Translations under genes and position numbers: made by a program
Shown here: positions 1-8,145 of the stretch, one piece after another
Numbering within the stretch: the first letter of the stretch is position 1
How the letters are laid out: every line of letters starts with the position of its first letter
Origin: Desulfobacterales bacterium
Lineage (GTDB): Bacteria; Desulfobacterota; Desulfobacteria; Desulfobacterales; CAFBRK01
Direction of reading: 5' to 3'
Assembly (NCBI GenBank): GCA_050115795.1
Contig: JASFPT010000025.1
Coordinates: 235 to 24,234 of the forward strand
Length of the DNA: 24,000 bases
Notes under the pieces: generated by a model
Told to the model about the DNA's origin: nothing
The model's database searches: none
What the model saw: only the letters and a program-made list of their open reading frames with translations

Positions 1-955
1 GCCGAGCGTCGTTGGGGTCGACCGTGTACAGCACGCCGCTGACCCGGGCGTCGATCATCGCAATGCAGGCAACGCTCATGACGACGTCCTGATCCGTGTA
101 GCCTTTTTTCCGGCGATAGAAAATGGCCCGGGGATTGAAGGTGCTGGCCACCACCTTCCGGTAGGCGCTGGAAATCCCGTCGGGACCGACATTGAGAACC
201 GTCGAATGCTGGCCTGCAAAGCTGGCTTCGGTGTCTTCGCTGGTAGCGCTGCTGCGAACAGAAAGCCGCGTGTCGGCGCCCTGGTAATTCAGGAGCCGGG
301 CGGCGGCCTGGAGCATCTCCGCTTCGAGCTGTTTTGGAATTTCCGCCGTCAAAATCCGATCGCAGATCTCTTTGCTGACGGCGATCAGCGCCTCGGTGTT
401 GTCGACGTCCAGTCGGCGCAGACGTTTTTCGATGAATTCCTCGAGTCGGTTGTGATCGAGAAATTGCTGGCAGGCATAGGCCGTAACGGCGAATCCGGGG
501 GGTACCCGCAGATGCGCGCGGTTGGAAATCTCTCCGAGGTTGGCGGCTTTGCCGCCGACATGGGCGGCATCGTCCTGGCTGAGGTTCTCCAGGCCGATGA
601 CCAAGGGGGTGGTTTCGATCTGCTTCTTGTGCACCAGGTCCTTCAAGGCCAGGCTGCCGATCTGTTCGGCGGCATCGAAAAGCCCGGGGAACCGGGCTCC
701 GGAAAGCGCATTGAGATCTTCGACGATGCCGTAGACTTCACCCAGAAGGCGTTCGGTCTGCATCAGCACCTGACCGAGGGTGAACGGGCGGTCCCGGTAA
801 AAAGAGTCCTCCAGTTCGGCAATGAGCTCCAGCGCCCGGTTGTTTGCGGAAAGAAGGCGTTGAAAAGAAGCGAACTTCGGCTTCGGCAGCCGACCCGTCG
901 CCGTGCTGCCCGTGCGGGCTTCCCTGCCCTTGAACAAGTCGAAAAACTTAAACAT
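1..955 (-). CDS. PEP-utilising dikinase-family protein (PPDK_N ATP-grasp domain), N-terminal 318 codons; 3' end lies beyond the window start
   Basis: My own translation of the minus strand from ATG 955..953 gives MFKFFDLFKGREAR...HVGGKAANLGEISN...LSVRSSATSEDTEASFAGQHSTVLNV. GGKAANLGE and RSSxxxED..SFAGQ are signatures of the PEP synthase/PPDK nucleotide-binding domain. It is absent from the ORF track because it runs off the edge. The listed + ORF 206..1069 is its antisense shadow. It aligns along its whole visible length with 5392..7980. Confidence 0.85.
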   Translation of the reverse strand, partial: MFKFFDLFKGREARTGSTATGRLPKPKFASFQRLLSANNRALELIAELEDSFYRDRPFTLGQVLMQTERLLGEVYGIVEDLNALSGARFPGLFDAAEQIGSLALKDLVHKKQIETTPLVIGLENLSQDDAAHVGGKAANLGEISNRAHLRVPPGFAVTAYACQQFLDHNRLEEFIEKRLRRLDVDNTEALIAVSKEICDRILTAEIPKQLEAEMLQAAARLLNYQGADTRLSVRSSATSEDTEASFAGQHSTVLNVGPDGISSAYRKVVASTFNPRAIFYRRKKGYTDQDVVMSVACIAMIDARVSGVLYTVDPNDAR

Positions 956-1280
956 CGCGATGGCCTCTGCGCCTATTCAGAAAGAAGAGGTGAACGTGCG
1001 CTGCAGCCGCTTTCCCCCAGTGCCGGAAGACGGCGGCAGCCGGCATTTGTATCCTTTCCTGTATGTTGAAGTACGTGCATGCCCACGTCAAGTAAAAGAG
1101 ATGCGGCAGGCGGGTCTTGTGCCGAAATGCAATCCGTCCCTGACCCGAAGACCCTCCTTGGCGAGTGGAGCGGATCGTGTGCCGCCCATATTTTGATGGA
1201 GAGGGTCTTCCCAAAGCCGCGATTGTGGTCCCTTTGGTGAGATTTCTTCCCAAAAACCCTGATTATCCGCCTTTTTCCTA

Positions 1281-1309
1281 TTGACACCATTTTTCTATTC
1301 TTGTAAATG
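1281..1309 (+). promoter_or_regulatory. Candidate sigma70 promoter of the HU gene
   Basis: Perfect -35 TTGACA at 1281-1286. After a 16-17 nt spacer there is a weak -10 (GTAAAT/TAAATG, 1303-1309). It lies about 60 nt upstream of the HU ATG in an AT-richer patch. Confidence 0.45.
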
Positions 1310-1367
1310 CTGGTTGCACAGAGGCGAGGAGGCCTGAACCGCAACCATTAGCACAAGGGGGAAACAG

Positions 1368-1640
1368 ATGACGAAGGCAGAATTGATCGAAAAGATGGCG
1401 AAGGAAGCGAAAATTTCCAAAGCCGCGGCCGGCAAAGCGCTCGATTCCTTCATGGACGGGGTGACCAAGGCCCTCAAGAAAAAGGACGGCAAAGTGACCT
1501 TGGTCGGCTTCGGCACGTTCCAGAAATCCCGCCGCAAGGCCCGCAAGGGACGCAATCCCCAGACCGGCAACCCCATCAAGATCAAGGCCAAAAACGTGGT
1601 CAAGTTCAAGCCGGGCAAGAAATTGAAGGACGCCATCTAA
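1368..1640 (+). CDS. hup: HU family nucleoid-associated DNA-binding protein
   Basis: The 90-aa ORF MTKAELIEKMAKEAKISKAAAGKALDSFMDGV...VTLVGFGTF...RKGRNPQTGNPIKIKAKNVVKFKPGKKLKDAI has the classic HU/IHF fold sequence, including the RNPQTG arm. SD GGGGGA lies 5 nt upstream. Confidence 0.95.
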   Translation: MTKAELIEKMAKEAKISKAAAGKALDSFMDGVTKALKKKDGKVTLVGFGTFQKSRRKARKGRNPQTGNPIKIKAKNVVKFKPGKKLKDAI

Positions 1641-1663
1641 ACGCCGGCCTGAAAAGATGCCGA

Positions 1664-1698
1664 GGCGGCCCGGCCCTCTGCCGGGCCGCCTTTTTTTT
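1664..1698 (+). terminator. Rho-independent terminator of hup
   Basis: GGCGGCCCGG (1664-1673) pairs with CCGGGCCGCC (1681-1690) around a 7-nt loop. A T8 run follows at 1691-1698. It starts 24 nt after the HU stop. Confidence 0.85.
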
Positions 1699-1747
1699 GC
1701 CGACCCTTCCGCTGGCACAATGCATGATGGCTGCCCCGCCGCCATGG

Positions 1748-1763
1748 CTGGCACACTCCTTGC
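1748..1763 (+). promoter_or_regulatory. sigma54 (-24/-12) promoter upstream of usp
   Basis: TGGCAC-ACTCC-TTGCT matches the TGGCAC-N5-TTGCW consensus with exact GG-N10-GC spacing. It lies 168 nt upstream of the usp ATG and downstream of the hup terminator. Nearly identical to the element at 5281-5295. Confidence 0.7.
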
Positions 1764-1930
1764 TGTTCATCAAGAAGAAAGCTGCCGCGCACAACCCGAG
1801 GCGGCAGCCCCGGTCGAGTCCCCGACGGTCCTGCCGGCGGGCCTGTTCCTTTTCCCATTTTCAGACTTCCGGCCGGCCGGGCGTCTGGCGATAAAGGCTG
1901 CCGACAACATCTCAACCTGGAGGCGAATCG

Positions 1931-2323
1931 ATGAAAATCATGGCCTGTTTTGATGGATCGAATGTGGCCGAAGAAGTGGTTCGGCTGGCCGGCGTCCACG
2001 CAGCGGCCTTCGGCGGCGAGGTGTGGATCGTCACCTCGATGGCGGGAGGCCCCGAAGTGGCCAGGCGCGAATTTGACGCCAGGGAGCGGGAGCTGGACTA
2101 TGCCAAGTCGCTCGTCGAGGGTAAATCTCCGGCTGTGGCGGCTCATCTTTCGATTCGAGGGCTTTCTCCCGGCGAGGACCTGGTTCAGCTGGCAAGGGAA
2201 CAAGGCGTCGGTGAAATCATCATCGGTGTGCGCCGGCGATCCAGGGTCGGGAAACTGGTGTTTGGTTCAACGGCCCAATACGTGATCCTCAATGCGCCCT
2301 GTCCCGTGGTGACGGTCCGGTGA
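1931..2323 (+). CDS. Universal stress protein (UspA family)
   Basis: 130-aa ORF with a Usp C-terminal ATP-binding-type motif: IIIGVRRRSRVGKLVFGSTAQYVILNAPCPVVTV. SD GGAGG lies 8 nt upstream of the ATG. Confidence 0.85.
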   Translation: MKIMACFDGSNVAEEVVRLAGVHAAAFGGEVWIVTSMAGGPEVARREFDARERELDYAKSLVEGKSPAVAAHLSIRGLSPGEDLVQLAREQGVGEIIIGVRRRSRVGKLVFGSTAQYVILNAPCPVVTVR

Positions 2324-2353
2324 TCAGATCACTTCTGCGATATTATCCATGTG

Positions 2354-2381
2354 GTTCGCCTATTGGTTGGGGCGAACTTTT
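2354..2381 (+). terminator. Candidate intrinsic terminator after usp
   Basis: GTTCGCC (2354-2360) pairs with GGCGAAC (2371-2377) around a 10-nt loop, followed by TTTT. The stem is short and the U-tract weak. Confidence 0.4.
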
Positions 2382-2412
2382 CGCGGCGCCCATCGGCGTC
2401 TGACCCCCGAAC

Positions 2413-3018
2413 ATGACACACTACGCTTCCATCAGGGAGTTGGCCGCGCAGGAGCCGCCGGGCCGGGCTTTTCTCGTCCAATGGCGCCGGGCGGCCTCCG
2501 GGCTGATCGTGATGGCCATCCATGGCGGCGGAATCGAGCCCGGCACCACCGAGGTCGCCGATGCTGTCGCCGGAGACCGTCTCGGCTTCTATTCTTTTGT
2601 GGGGATAAAGCGAAGCGGAAACCGCTCTCTTCACCTTTCCAGCCGTTCGTTTGACGAGCCCATCGGCCTGCGGATGGCCGCCTCGGCAAAGACGGTCATC
2701 TCGATCCATGGCTGCAGGGGCCGGGGCGCATGGACTTACCTGGGCGGCCGGGACCAAGACCTACAGCGGTCCGTAGCCGACGCCCTGCAGGCGGCCGGAT
2801 TTTCCGTGGGAACAAGCGCCCGGTTCCAGGGGATCTCTCCACAGAACATCTGCAACCGGGGATCTTCGGGCAAGGGCCTCCAACTGGAGTTAAGCTTCGG
2901 GCTGAGGCGTTCGTTTTTCATCGAGCAGGCGATCGGCGGTCGAAAGCGGCGCCGGGCCGCCTTCAACCGGTATGTGGCGGCCCTCCAAGCCTGCCTCGCA
3001 TCCCCTTCAGTCAACTGA
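2413..3018 (+). CDS. Poly-gamma-glutamate hydrolase family protein (PghP-like, DUF867/YjqB-type)
   Basis: 201-aa ORF with the family pattern MAIHGGGIEPGTTEVA...FYSFVG...GNRSLHLSSRSFDEP...VISIHG...YLGGRD...NICNRG...GLQLELS. No obvious SD, so the start is less certain. Confidence 0.7.
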   Translation: MTHYASIRELAAQEPPGRAFLVQWRRAASGLIVMAIHGGGIEPGTTEVADAVAGDRLGFYSFVGIKRSGNRSLHLSSRSFDEPIGLRMAASAKTVISIHGCRGRGAWTYLGGRDQDLQRSVADALQAAGFSVGTSARFQGISPQNICNRGSSGKGLQLELSFGLRRSFFIEQAIGGRKRRRAAFNRYVAALQACLASPSVN

Positions 3019-3420
3019 TCCGGGCGGGCGCCTTTTTTTATTTTTGGCGGCCATCTTTTCGCAGGCCTGGTTCAGCTTGATCATCAGGTCTTCGAGTTTG
3101 ATCGGCTTCATGAGATAGTCGAACGCCCCGAGCTTCATCCCCTCGATGCTGGTCTCTACCGATGCATGGCCGGTCAGGAGAATCACCTCCACCTCCGGCT
3201 GAATGCGGTGAATTTCCCGGAGTGCCTCGATCCCATCCATGCCCCCGGGCATCTTGATGTCGAGGATGACCACATCATAGGGTTGCCGTCGGATCTGCTC
3301 GACGGCTTCCTCGCCGCTTTCCACGCCGTCGGCAGCAAAGTTTCGCCGCCTGAGCCGGTTGACCAGGGTTTTCAGAAAATCTTCTTCGTCGTCGACGACG
3401 AGTACCTTGTACGTGTCCAT
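3007..3420 (-). CDS. Stand-alone CheY-like response regulator receiver
   Basis: 137 aa: VLVVDDE (acidic pocket), VVILDIKMPGGMDG (phospho-acceptor Asp), ILLTGHA, DYLMKP. No output domain. SD GGAG lies 5 nt upstream. Its 3' end overlaps the convergent 2413..3018 gene by 12 nt. Confidence 0.92.
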   Translation of the reverse strand: MDTYKVLVVDDEEDFLKTLVNRLRRRNFAADGVESGEEAVEQIRRQPYDVVILDIKMPGGMDGIEALREIHRIQPEVEVILLTGHASVETSIEGMKLGAFDYLMKPIKLEDLMIKLNQACEKMAAKNKKRRPPGSVD

Positions 3421-3479
3421 GGTGTCTCCGCTTGGACCCGGATAGAAAAAGGTCCTGAGGTGAAGGGCCCGGCCGCGCC

Positions 3480-5141
3480 TTATTTCTTCTCCGGGAGAAC
3501 AATGGGGATCTGAACGGTGAACGTGGATCCCTCTCCCTTGCGGCTGAGCACCGTGATGGTCCCCCCCATCTTTTCAATGATGGAATGGCTGATCCACAGA
3601 CCCAGCCCGGTTCCTTTCCCGGGCGCCTTGGTCGTGAAAAACGGGTCAAAGACCCGGCGCTGCTGCTCCTCGGTCATCCCGGGTCCATCGTCTTCCACGC
3701 GGACCAGAATGCTGCCCCGGGAGACCTCGGTGTTGATCCGGATCAGGCCGTCTTTGCCGATCGCATCGATGGCGTTGGTCATCAGATTCAAGAACACCTG
3801 TTGAAGCTGGGATTGGTCGCTGGCGATGATCGGCAGCTTCGGACCGAACTCGGTCCGGATCTCGATGTCATTGATCCTCGCGTAGTTTTGCAGCAAATCG
3901 ATGGTTTGGTTCACCACGGCGTTGACGTCCACATCCTCCAGGTGGGGCTCCATTTTTCGTGCATAGCCCAGCATCCCCTGGACGACCTTCCGTGCCCGGT
4001 CCACGTGCTCTTCGATCTTCCGGATGGAGGTTTTCAACTCCTCCAGGTTTTCACTGTCCTTGAACTCTTCCTCTTCGAGCAGGTCTTCCATCCAGCCGGT
4101 TTTTTGCAGGATCACGGCCAGCGGGTTGTTGATTTCGTGGGCGACGCCGGCGGCCATTTTCCCAAGGGCGGCGAGCTTGTCGGATTGAATCAACTGCGCG
4201 TTGAGCTCGTTCATCTGCTGATCGGTCTTGCGCAGGCGGTCGATGATCGCACCGGTGATCAGCACAGTCGCCAGCAAAATGGCCACCATCCCGACGCTGA
4301 TGATCAAGATCTCGGTGGCCCGGGTGGCGAACAGGCGGCTCATCTCTTCTTCGGTCCCCTGGCTGACCACCAGCAGCCACTTGTTGTTTTTCAGCCAGGC
4401 CCCGGAGATCAGCCGCGTAAATCCATTATCGCTTTTTCTTTCGATGACAGTGGTGCTGCCGCCGAACAGCTGCGGGTCGATTTCCGAAGGTTCCATAATT
4501 TTTCCGGCAAACCGGGGGGCGGTTTGAAAAACCCCGGACCGGTTGACGATGTAGGCGTCTCCCGTCCGCCCGACATGGGCAGCCCGAACGAGGTTGCCGA
4601 ACACTTCCGAGTCGACCGTCGCCCGGAGAATCCAGGTCCGTTCCTGTTCCTGGCGCCGCAGCGCGATAATGAAATGGGGGGACCGGCGAAACCCCATGTA
4701 CACGTCGCTGATGTGAAGCCCCCGGGCCATGGTTTCGGCAAACCAGGGCTCCTGGTCGTAGCGCAGCCCCGTTAGTGCATACGGCCCGACGTAGGCCCGG
4801 TGCCGGCCCCGGCTGTCGATGACGCCCAGATCCACGAAGGCCCCGGCCCGAGTGTTCATGACCTCCAGGACACGGGCCAGATTGCCGCTGTCGAGCATGT
4901 GCTGGAAGCTGTGGGTGTCGGCCATGGCGGACAGGATCGCCGAGCGCTCCTTCAAGAAAAGATCCACGGCCGTGGCCTGCGCCTGGGCGCGGTAGCGCAA
5001 CTGTTCTTCGATTTTGGCCCGGATGGTGTCGTAAAATTGCAGATAGATCGTGACGCCGAGGATGAGCAGCGGAGTGAAAGAGACCAGCAGCGTGACCAGG
5101 ACGATGATCCGTTGCAGGCGGGCATATCGCGTCGCTTTCAT
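3480..5141 (-). CDS. Sensor histidine kinase with periplasmic Cache-like domain
   Basis: 553 aa. TM1 (IIVLVTLLVSFTPLLILGVTIYL) and TM2 (ILIISVGMVAILLATVLITGAII) flank about 250 aa. H-box AAGVAHEINNPLAVI, N-box LNLMTNAIDAI, G-boxes DDGPGM and GKGTGLGLW. SD AGGAG lies 5 nt before the ATG. Confidence 0.92.
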   Translation of the reverse strand: MKATRYARLQRIIVLVTLLVSFTPLLILGVTIYLQFYDTIRAKIEEQLRYRAQAQATAVDLFLKERSAILSAMADTHSFQHMLDSGNLARVLEVMNTRAGAFVDLGVIDSRGRHRAYVGPYALTGLRYDQEPWFAETMARGLHISDVYMGFRRSPHFIIALRRQEQERTWILRATVDSEVFGNLVRAAHVGRTGDAYIVNRSGVFQTAPRFAGKIMEPSEIDPQLFGGSTTVIERKSDNGFTRLISGAWLKNNKWLLVVSQGTEEEMSRLFATRATEILIISVGMVAILLATVLITGAIIDRLRKTDQQMNELNAQLIQSDKLAALGKMAAGVAHEINNPLAVILQKTGWMEDLLEEEEFKDSENLEELKTSIRKIEEHVDRARKVVQGMLGYARKMEPHLEDVDVNAVVNQTIDLLQNYARINDIEIRTEFGPKLPIIASDQSQLQQVFLNLMTNAIDAIGKDGLIRINTEVSRGSILVRVEDDGPGMTEEQQRRVFDPFFTTKAPGKGTGLGLWISHSIIEKMGGTITVLSRKGEGSTFTVQIPIVLPEKK

Positions 5142-5280
5142 GGCAACTCCTGAAGACCTTTGCTCACCGCGGCCGGAACCGGCATTTGCACCCGGAAACC
5201 TGAGCGGGAGCGGCAGCCGCGGCGGCTCGCGGAAAATGGCGAAAAGCGATCCACATCAAAGCGGTGCACCCACATGGAAC

Positions 5281-5295
5281 AGCAAGGAATGTGCC
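5281..5295 (-). promoter_or_regulatory. sigma54 (-24/-12) promoter upstream of the HK-receiver pair
   Basis: The minus strand reads GGCAC-ATTCC-TTGCT with exact consensus spacing, 140 nt upstream of the HK ATG (5141). The 19-nt stretch GGCACATTCCTTGCTGTTC (5295..5277) matches 1749..1767 at 18 of 19 positions. Confidence 0.7.
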
Positions 5296-5391
5296 GGAAA
5301 AACATCCCGGCCTGTCGTAGAATTGATATGGCATTTCAGCTTCTTGGAGATCAATGACACGGGAAAGAATTCCACCGGGTGTCGGCTTTTT

Positions 5392-7980
5392 TTACAAAGG
5401 AAAGAGGCGGTCCAACTCATCTTCGATCTTCTTTTTGTAGAAATTGACCGACGCGGGGTTGGCCATGATCATGTCCAGCTGTCGGGTGTGAATCGTGAGA
5501 TAACCGACGATTTTCAGCCGGTGTTCCATATAGGACTGGTCTCGGCCTTCCAGTCTGGCGATCAGGGAGTCCTCCTTGATGTCCAGCCGAAAGCCGTAGT
5601 CTTCCAGGATCGTTCCGATGAAACGAACCCGCCGGTGCTTTCGATCCAGGTCCGCGGCGCCCCCTTTGAACTGGAAGCTGATGTAGTTTTCCGCTGCGCG
5701 CTCGCTGACGAGGGTCTCCACCGTGGCGAAGTGAAACCCGAATCGGGAGTTCAGGCTGCAGTAATTTCTGGAGATCATGAAGTAGTTGCGGGTGGCGAAC
5801 CGGCTTCGACGGCCGAGGATGAGGTCCTGGTTGGTGGTGGCCTGAAACAGGACCGACATCATTCCGCGGCCGTCGACGGGCGGGGGGCCTTCCCACGGAC
5901 TTGCGGTGATTCCCGCCCAGAGGGCGCGCATCGGAACGGAGACGATCTGCTCGAGGTTCACATAGGGGCCATTGATCTCGCCGACGAAGCCGTCGTCCAG
6001 GTTCAGGACCCACCACTTCATCGGGACCCGGGCGATGAGCTGCTTGCTGGACCTCTCCGGGAAGTGATGATCCCTGCCGAACCGGAACATTTCGGCGACC
6101 GCCTTTTCGTGGCAGAACCGGGTGATGTCATGAAAGGTGCGGCAATTGTCGGCCTTAAACGAGGGGGCGTCCGGATCGAGCAGGTTCAGGGGGATGATGT
6201 GCTCGGCGGCGCCGCGCAACGCCTCGTAGACCGGGCTGCCGGCCATCAGATTGCGGGCCGCCGGCTTTCGGCCGAGAACGGCATCGATCCGGCCCGAATA
6301 GATGCGGCACCGGCCTGCGTCCACGGTGACGATTTCCTCCGGCGGCAGGCGGGTGGCCCCCCTTATGCCGAAAAGGGCCGGGACACCGAACTCGCGGGCG
6401 ACATTGGCCAGGTGGCCCGCCATGCTTCCCTGTTCGGTGACCACGGCAGCGCAGCGATCCAAAAGAGGGGCCCACCGGGGAAGGGCTTGTTCGGCGACCA
6501 GCACGGCGTCTTTCGGAAACCGCAGGGCATCGATGTTTTTCCGGACCACGAACACCGGGCCGGCTGCAGCCCCGCTGCTGGCGGTGCTTCCGCCCGTCAA
6601 GAGAATCTCTTGCCCGTCGGCTTGAAGATCGGGTTCGCCATTGCTGTCTCCGGATTGCTGCCGCTCCAGGGGGCGGCATTGGAGCACGACGAACTCTCCT
6701 TCGTCGGAAAGCGCCCATTCGATGTCCAGGGGCATGCCGTAGTGGGTTTCGAGGCGGACGGCCATGGCGGCCAGGGTTGCCGCCTGGTCGTCGGTCAAAG
6801 ACGCCGATCGGCTTTCCTGGTCCACCGCGTCCAGTCGGCAGACCCCCTCTTCGGGATAGCAGACGAACTTGAGCCGCTTTTCCGGTATCTCCTTTTCCAG
6901 CACTTCCGGTGACGGGCCCCGCGACAAAACGAAGCGGTCCGGGTTCACCGTGCCGTCGACCACCGATTTGGGAAGCCCCCATACCGAGTGAATCAGGACG
7001 TGCTCGTGCCGGAAATCGACCGGGTTCCGGGAATAGGCCACCCCGCCGGATACGGCCGGCACCATCCGCAGGCAGCCGACGCACATCGTCACGTCCTCGT
7101 CGCGGATACCGCGGCTGAACCGGTAGGAGATGGCGGCCAGGCCGTATTTGCTGGCGATGATCTGGCGGTAGGCGTCGATGATATGGTCGGGGTCGACATT
7201 GAGTTCGGATCGGTACTGGCCGGCAAAGGAGGCCCCCACCACATCTTCGCCCAGGGCGCTGCTCCTCATGGCAACGCTGAAAGACTCCCCTTCATGGCGG
7301 GCCAGGCGCCGGTGGTGCCGCTCGATCTCCTGTTGCAGCTCAGGTGGGATTTCTGCGCTCATGATGAGCTGCTGGATGTCGGAGCTCAGGGCGAAACGTT
7401 CTTCGAGCCGCTCCAGGTCCGCGGCCTGAATGCGGCGGTCGATTTCCGGTTGAAGGTCGTTGTGGGTCATGAACTGCTGGTAGCCGGAGGTGGTGACGGC
7501 AAACCCCCGTGGCGTCTTGAGCCCGACGCGGTTGGCAATCTCGCCGATGTTGGCCATCTTGGGGCCGACCTGGCCGGCCCGGGATGCGTCGATGTTTTCC
7601 AGCGGGAGCACCAGCGGCCCGCCCAGCCGATCGCTTTTGGGCCACACATGCGGGTTGATGGCCATCTGGATCTGCTTGAACCGATCAAAAAGAGCGGAAT
7701 ACCGGTCCGGGGCCAGCGCATCGATCTGCCGGACGATCTGAAAGACCTGGGTCGATGTCCGCGTGCAGCGGGAGCGAACGAAACGCATGGAGAAGGGAAA
7801 GTTGCCGGCCAGGGCCGACTGGATTTCGGCCATCGTCTCCAGGGTGGAGTTGTTGGCGCTGAGAAGAAGTTTGAAACGGTGGTAGCGGTCTTTGAAGGCG
7901 ACCCGCAGCTGCCGGGCGTCATTGGGTTCGGCCGCTTTGTCGCGTTTTCGCGAAAACAGGTGTTGGAAGAACCGGACCAT
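5392..7980 (-). CDS. PEP-utilising dikinase-like protein: N-terminal extension + PPDK_N ATP-grasp + phosphohistidine swivel domain + non-canonical C-terminal domain
   Basis: ORF 5392..8118, trimmed to ATG 7980 (MVRFFQHLF...), which aligns with the start of the paralog at 955 (MFKFFDLF...). ATP-grasp motifs: GQVGPKMANIGE and AMRSSALGEDVVGASFAGQYRSELNV. Swivel domain: VVTEQGSMAGHLANVAREFGVPALFG, with the His codon at 6414..6412. The last ~290 aa lack the NDL/CGE-type motifs of the PEP/pyruvate TIM-barrel domain. Confidence 0.85.
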   Translation of the reverse strand: MVRFFQHLFSRKRDKAAEPNDARQLRVAFKDRYHRFKLLLSANNSTLETMAEIQSALAGNFPFSMRFVRSRCTRTSTQVFQIVRQIDALAPDRYSALFDRFKQIQMAINPHVWPKSDRLGGPLVLPLENIDASRAGQVGPKMANIGEIANRVGLKTPRGFAVTTSGYQQFMTHNDLQPEIDRRIQAADLERLEERFALSSDIQQLIMSAEIPPELQQEIERHHRRLARHEGESFSVAMRSSALGEDVVGASFAGQYRSELNVDPDHIIDAYRQIIASKYGLAAISYRFSRGIRDEDVTMCVGCLRMVPAVSGGVAYSRNPVDFRHEHVLIHSVWGLPKSVVDGTVNPDRFVLSRGPSPEVLEKEIPEKRLKFVCYPEEGVCRLDAVDQESRSASLTDDQAATLAAMAVRLETHYGMPLDIEWALSDEGEFVVLQCRPLERQQSGDSNGEPDLQADGQEILLTGGSTASSGAAAGPVFVVRKNIDALRFPKDAVLVAEQALPRWAPLLDRCAAVVTEQGSMAGHLANVAREFGVPALFGIRGATRLPPEEIVTVDAGRCRIYSGRIDAVLGRKPAARNLMAGSPVYEALRGAAEHIIPLNLLDPDAPSFKADNCRTFHDITRFCHEKAVAEMFRFGRDHHFPERSSKQLIARVPMKWWVLNLDDGFVGEINGPYVNLEQIVSVPMRALWAGITASPWEGPPPVDGRGMMSVLFQATTNQDLILGRRSRFATRNYFMISRNYCSLNSRFGFHFATVETLVSERAAENYISFQFKGGAADLDRKHRRVRFIGTILEDYGFRLDIKEDSLIARLEGRDQSYMEHRLKIVGYLTIHTRQLDMIMANPASVNFYKKKIEDELDRLFPL

Positions 7981-8006
7981 TGCCGTATCCGGAAGGTGCC
8001 CGCATA

Positions 8007-8021
8007 TGCACTGCCTGTGCC
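8007..8021 (-). promoter_or_regulatory. sigma54 (-24/-12) promoter upstream of the dikinase-like gene
   Basis: The minus strand reads GGCAC-AGGCA-GTGCA, with correct GG-N10-GC spacing and one mismatch in the -12 TTGC. It sits in the 165-nt gap between genes. The predicted TSS lies about 16 nt before ATG 7980. Confidence 0.55.
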
Positions 8022-8076
8022 GGTTGCCGAAACGGTGCTGCGGCGGCTGTCCTCTGCAGCGGTGAACCCGGGAAAG

Positions 8077-8115
8077 CCCCGTTGCGAACCTGTCAGAGGC
8101 AGGATCGCAACGGGG
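8077..8115 (-). terminator. GC-rich hairpin/palindrome: candidate terminator-attenuator or enhancer (UAS) site
   Basis: Perfect 11-nt arms CCCCGTTGCGA (8077-8087) and TCGCAACGGGG (8105-8115), plus an inner CCTG/CAGG pair in the 17-nt spacer. It starts 30 nt after the stop of 8146..8832 and is centred about 80 nt upstream of the 8007-8021 sigma54 element. Only a weak CTTTC follows on the minus strand. Confidence 0.4.
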
Positions 8116-8145
8116 CAAGGCAGCTGCCCGCAGGTCCTTGCAGGT

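Noticed and set aside
1169-1183. Possible fifth sigma54 element upstream of the first dikinase paralog. The minus strand reads GGCAC-ACGAT-CCGCT.
   Set aside because: Spacing is right and the GG/GC dinucleotides are present. However, the -12 region has CC in place of TT and the site is 215 nt from the ATG, so it is too weak to call without a scoring matrix or TSS data.
1713-1718. Additional TGGCAC hexamers: 1713-1718 (35 nt before the called usp promoter) and 12435-12440 inside the helicase gene.
   Set aside because: Neither has a TTGC/GC element at the required N5 spacing (ATGA and CGCG respectively). The second is intragenic.
3025-3050. T-rich run (CCTTTTTTTATTTTTGG) after the PghP-like stop that looks like a terminator tail.
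   Set aside because: No stable stem precedes it. On the minus strand it encodes the Lys-rich C-terminus (AAKNKKRR) of the receiver 3007..3420.
7981-8118. N-terminal extensions of ORF-track entries: 5392..8118, 8146..8925, 8829..10259, 15872..18097 and 20597..21811.
   Set aside because: The extensions are Arg-rich, overlap upstream genes or promoter elements, and are not supported by paralog alignment, ATGA coupling or SD placement. Internal starts at 7980, 8832, 10127, 17821 and 20876 fit better.
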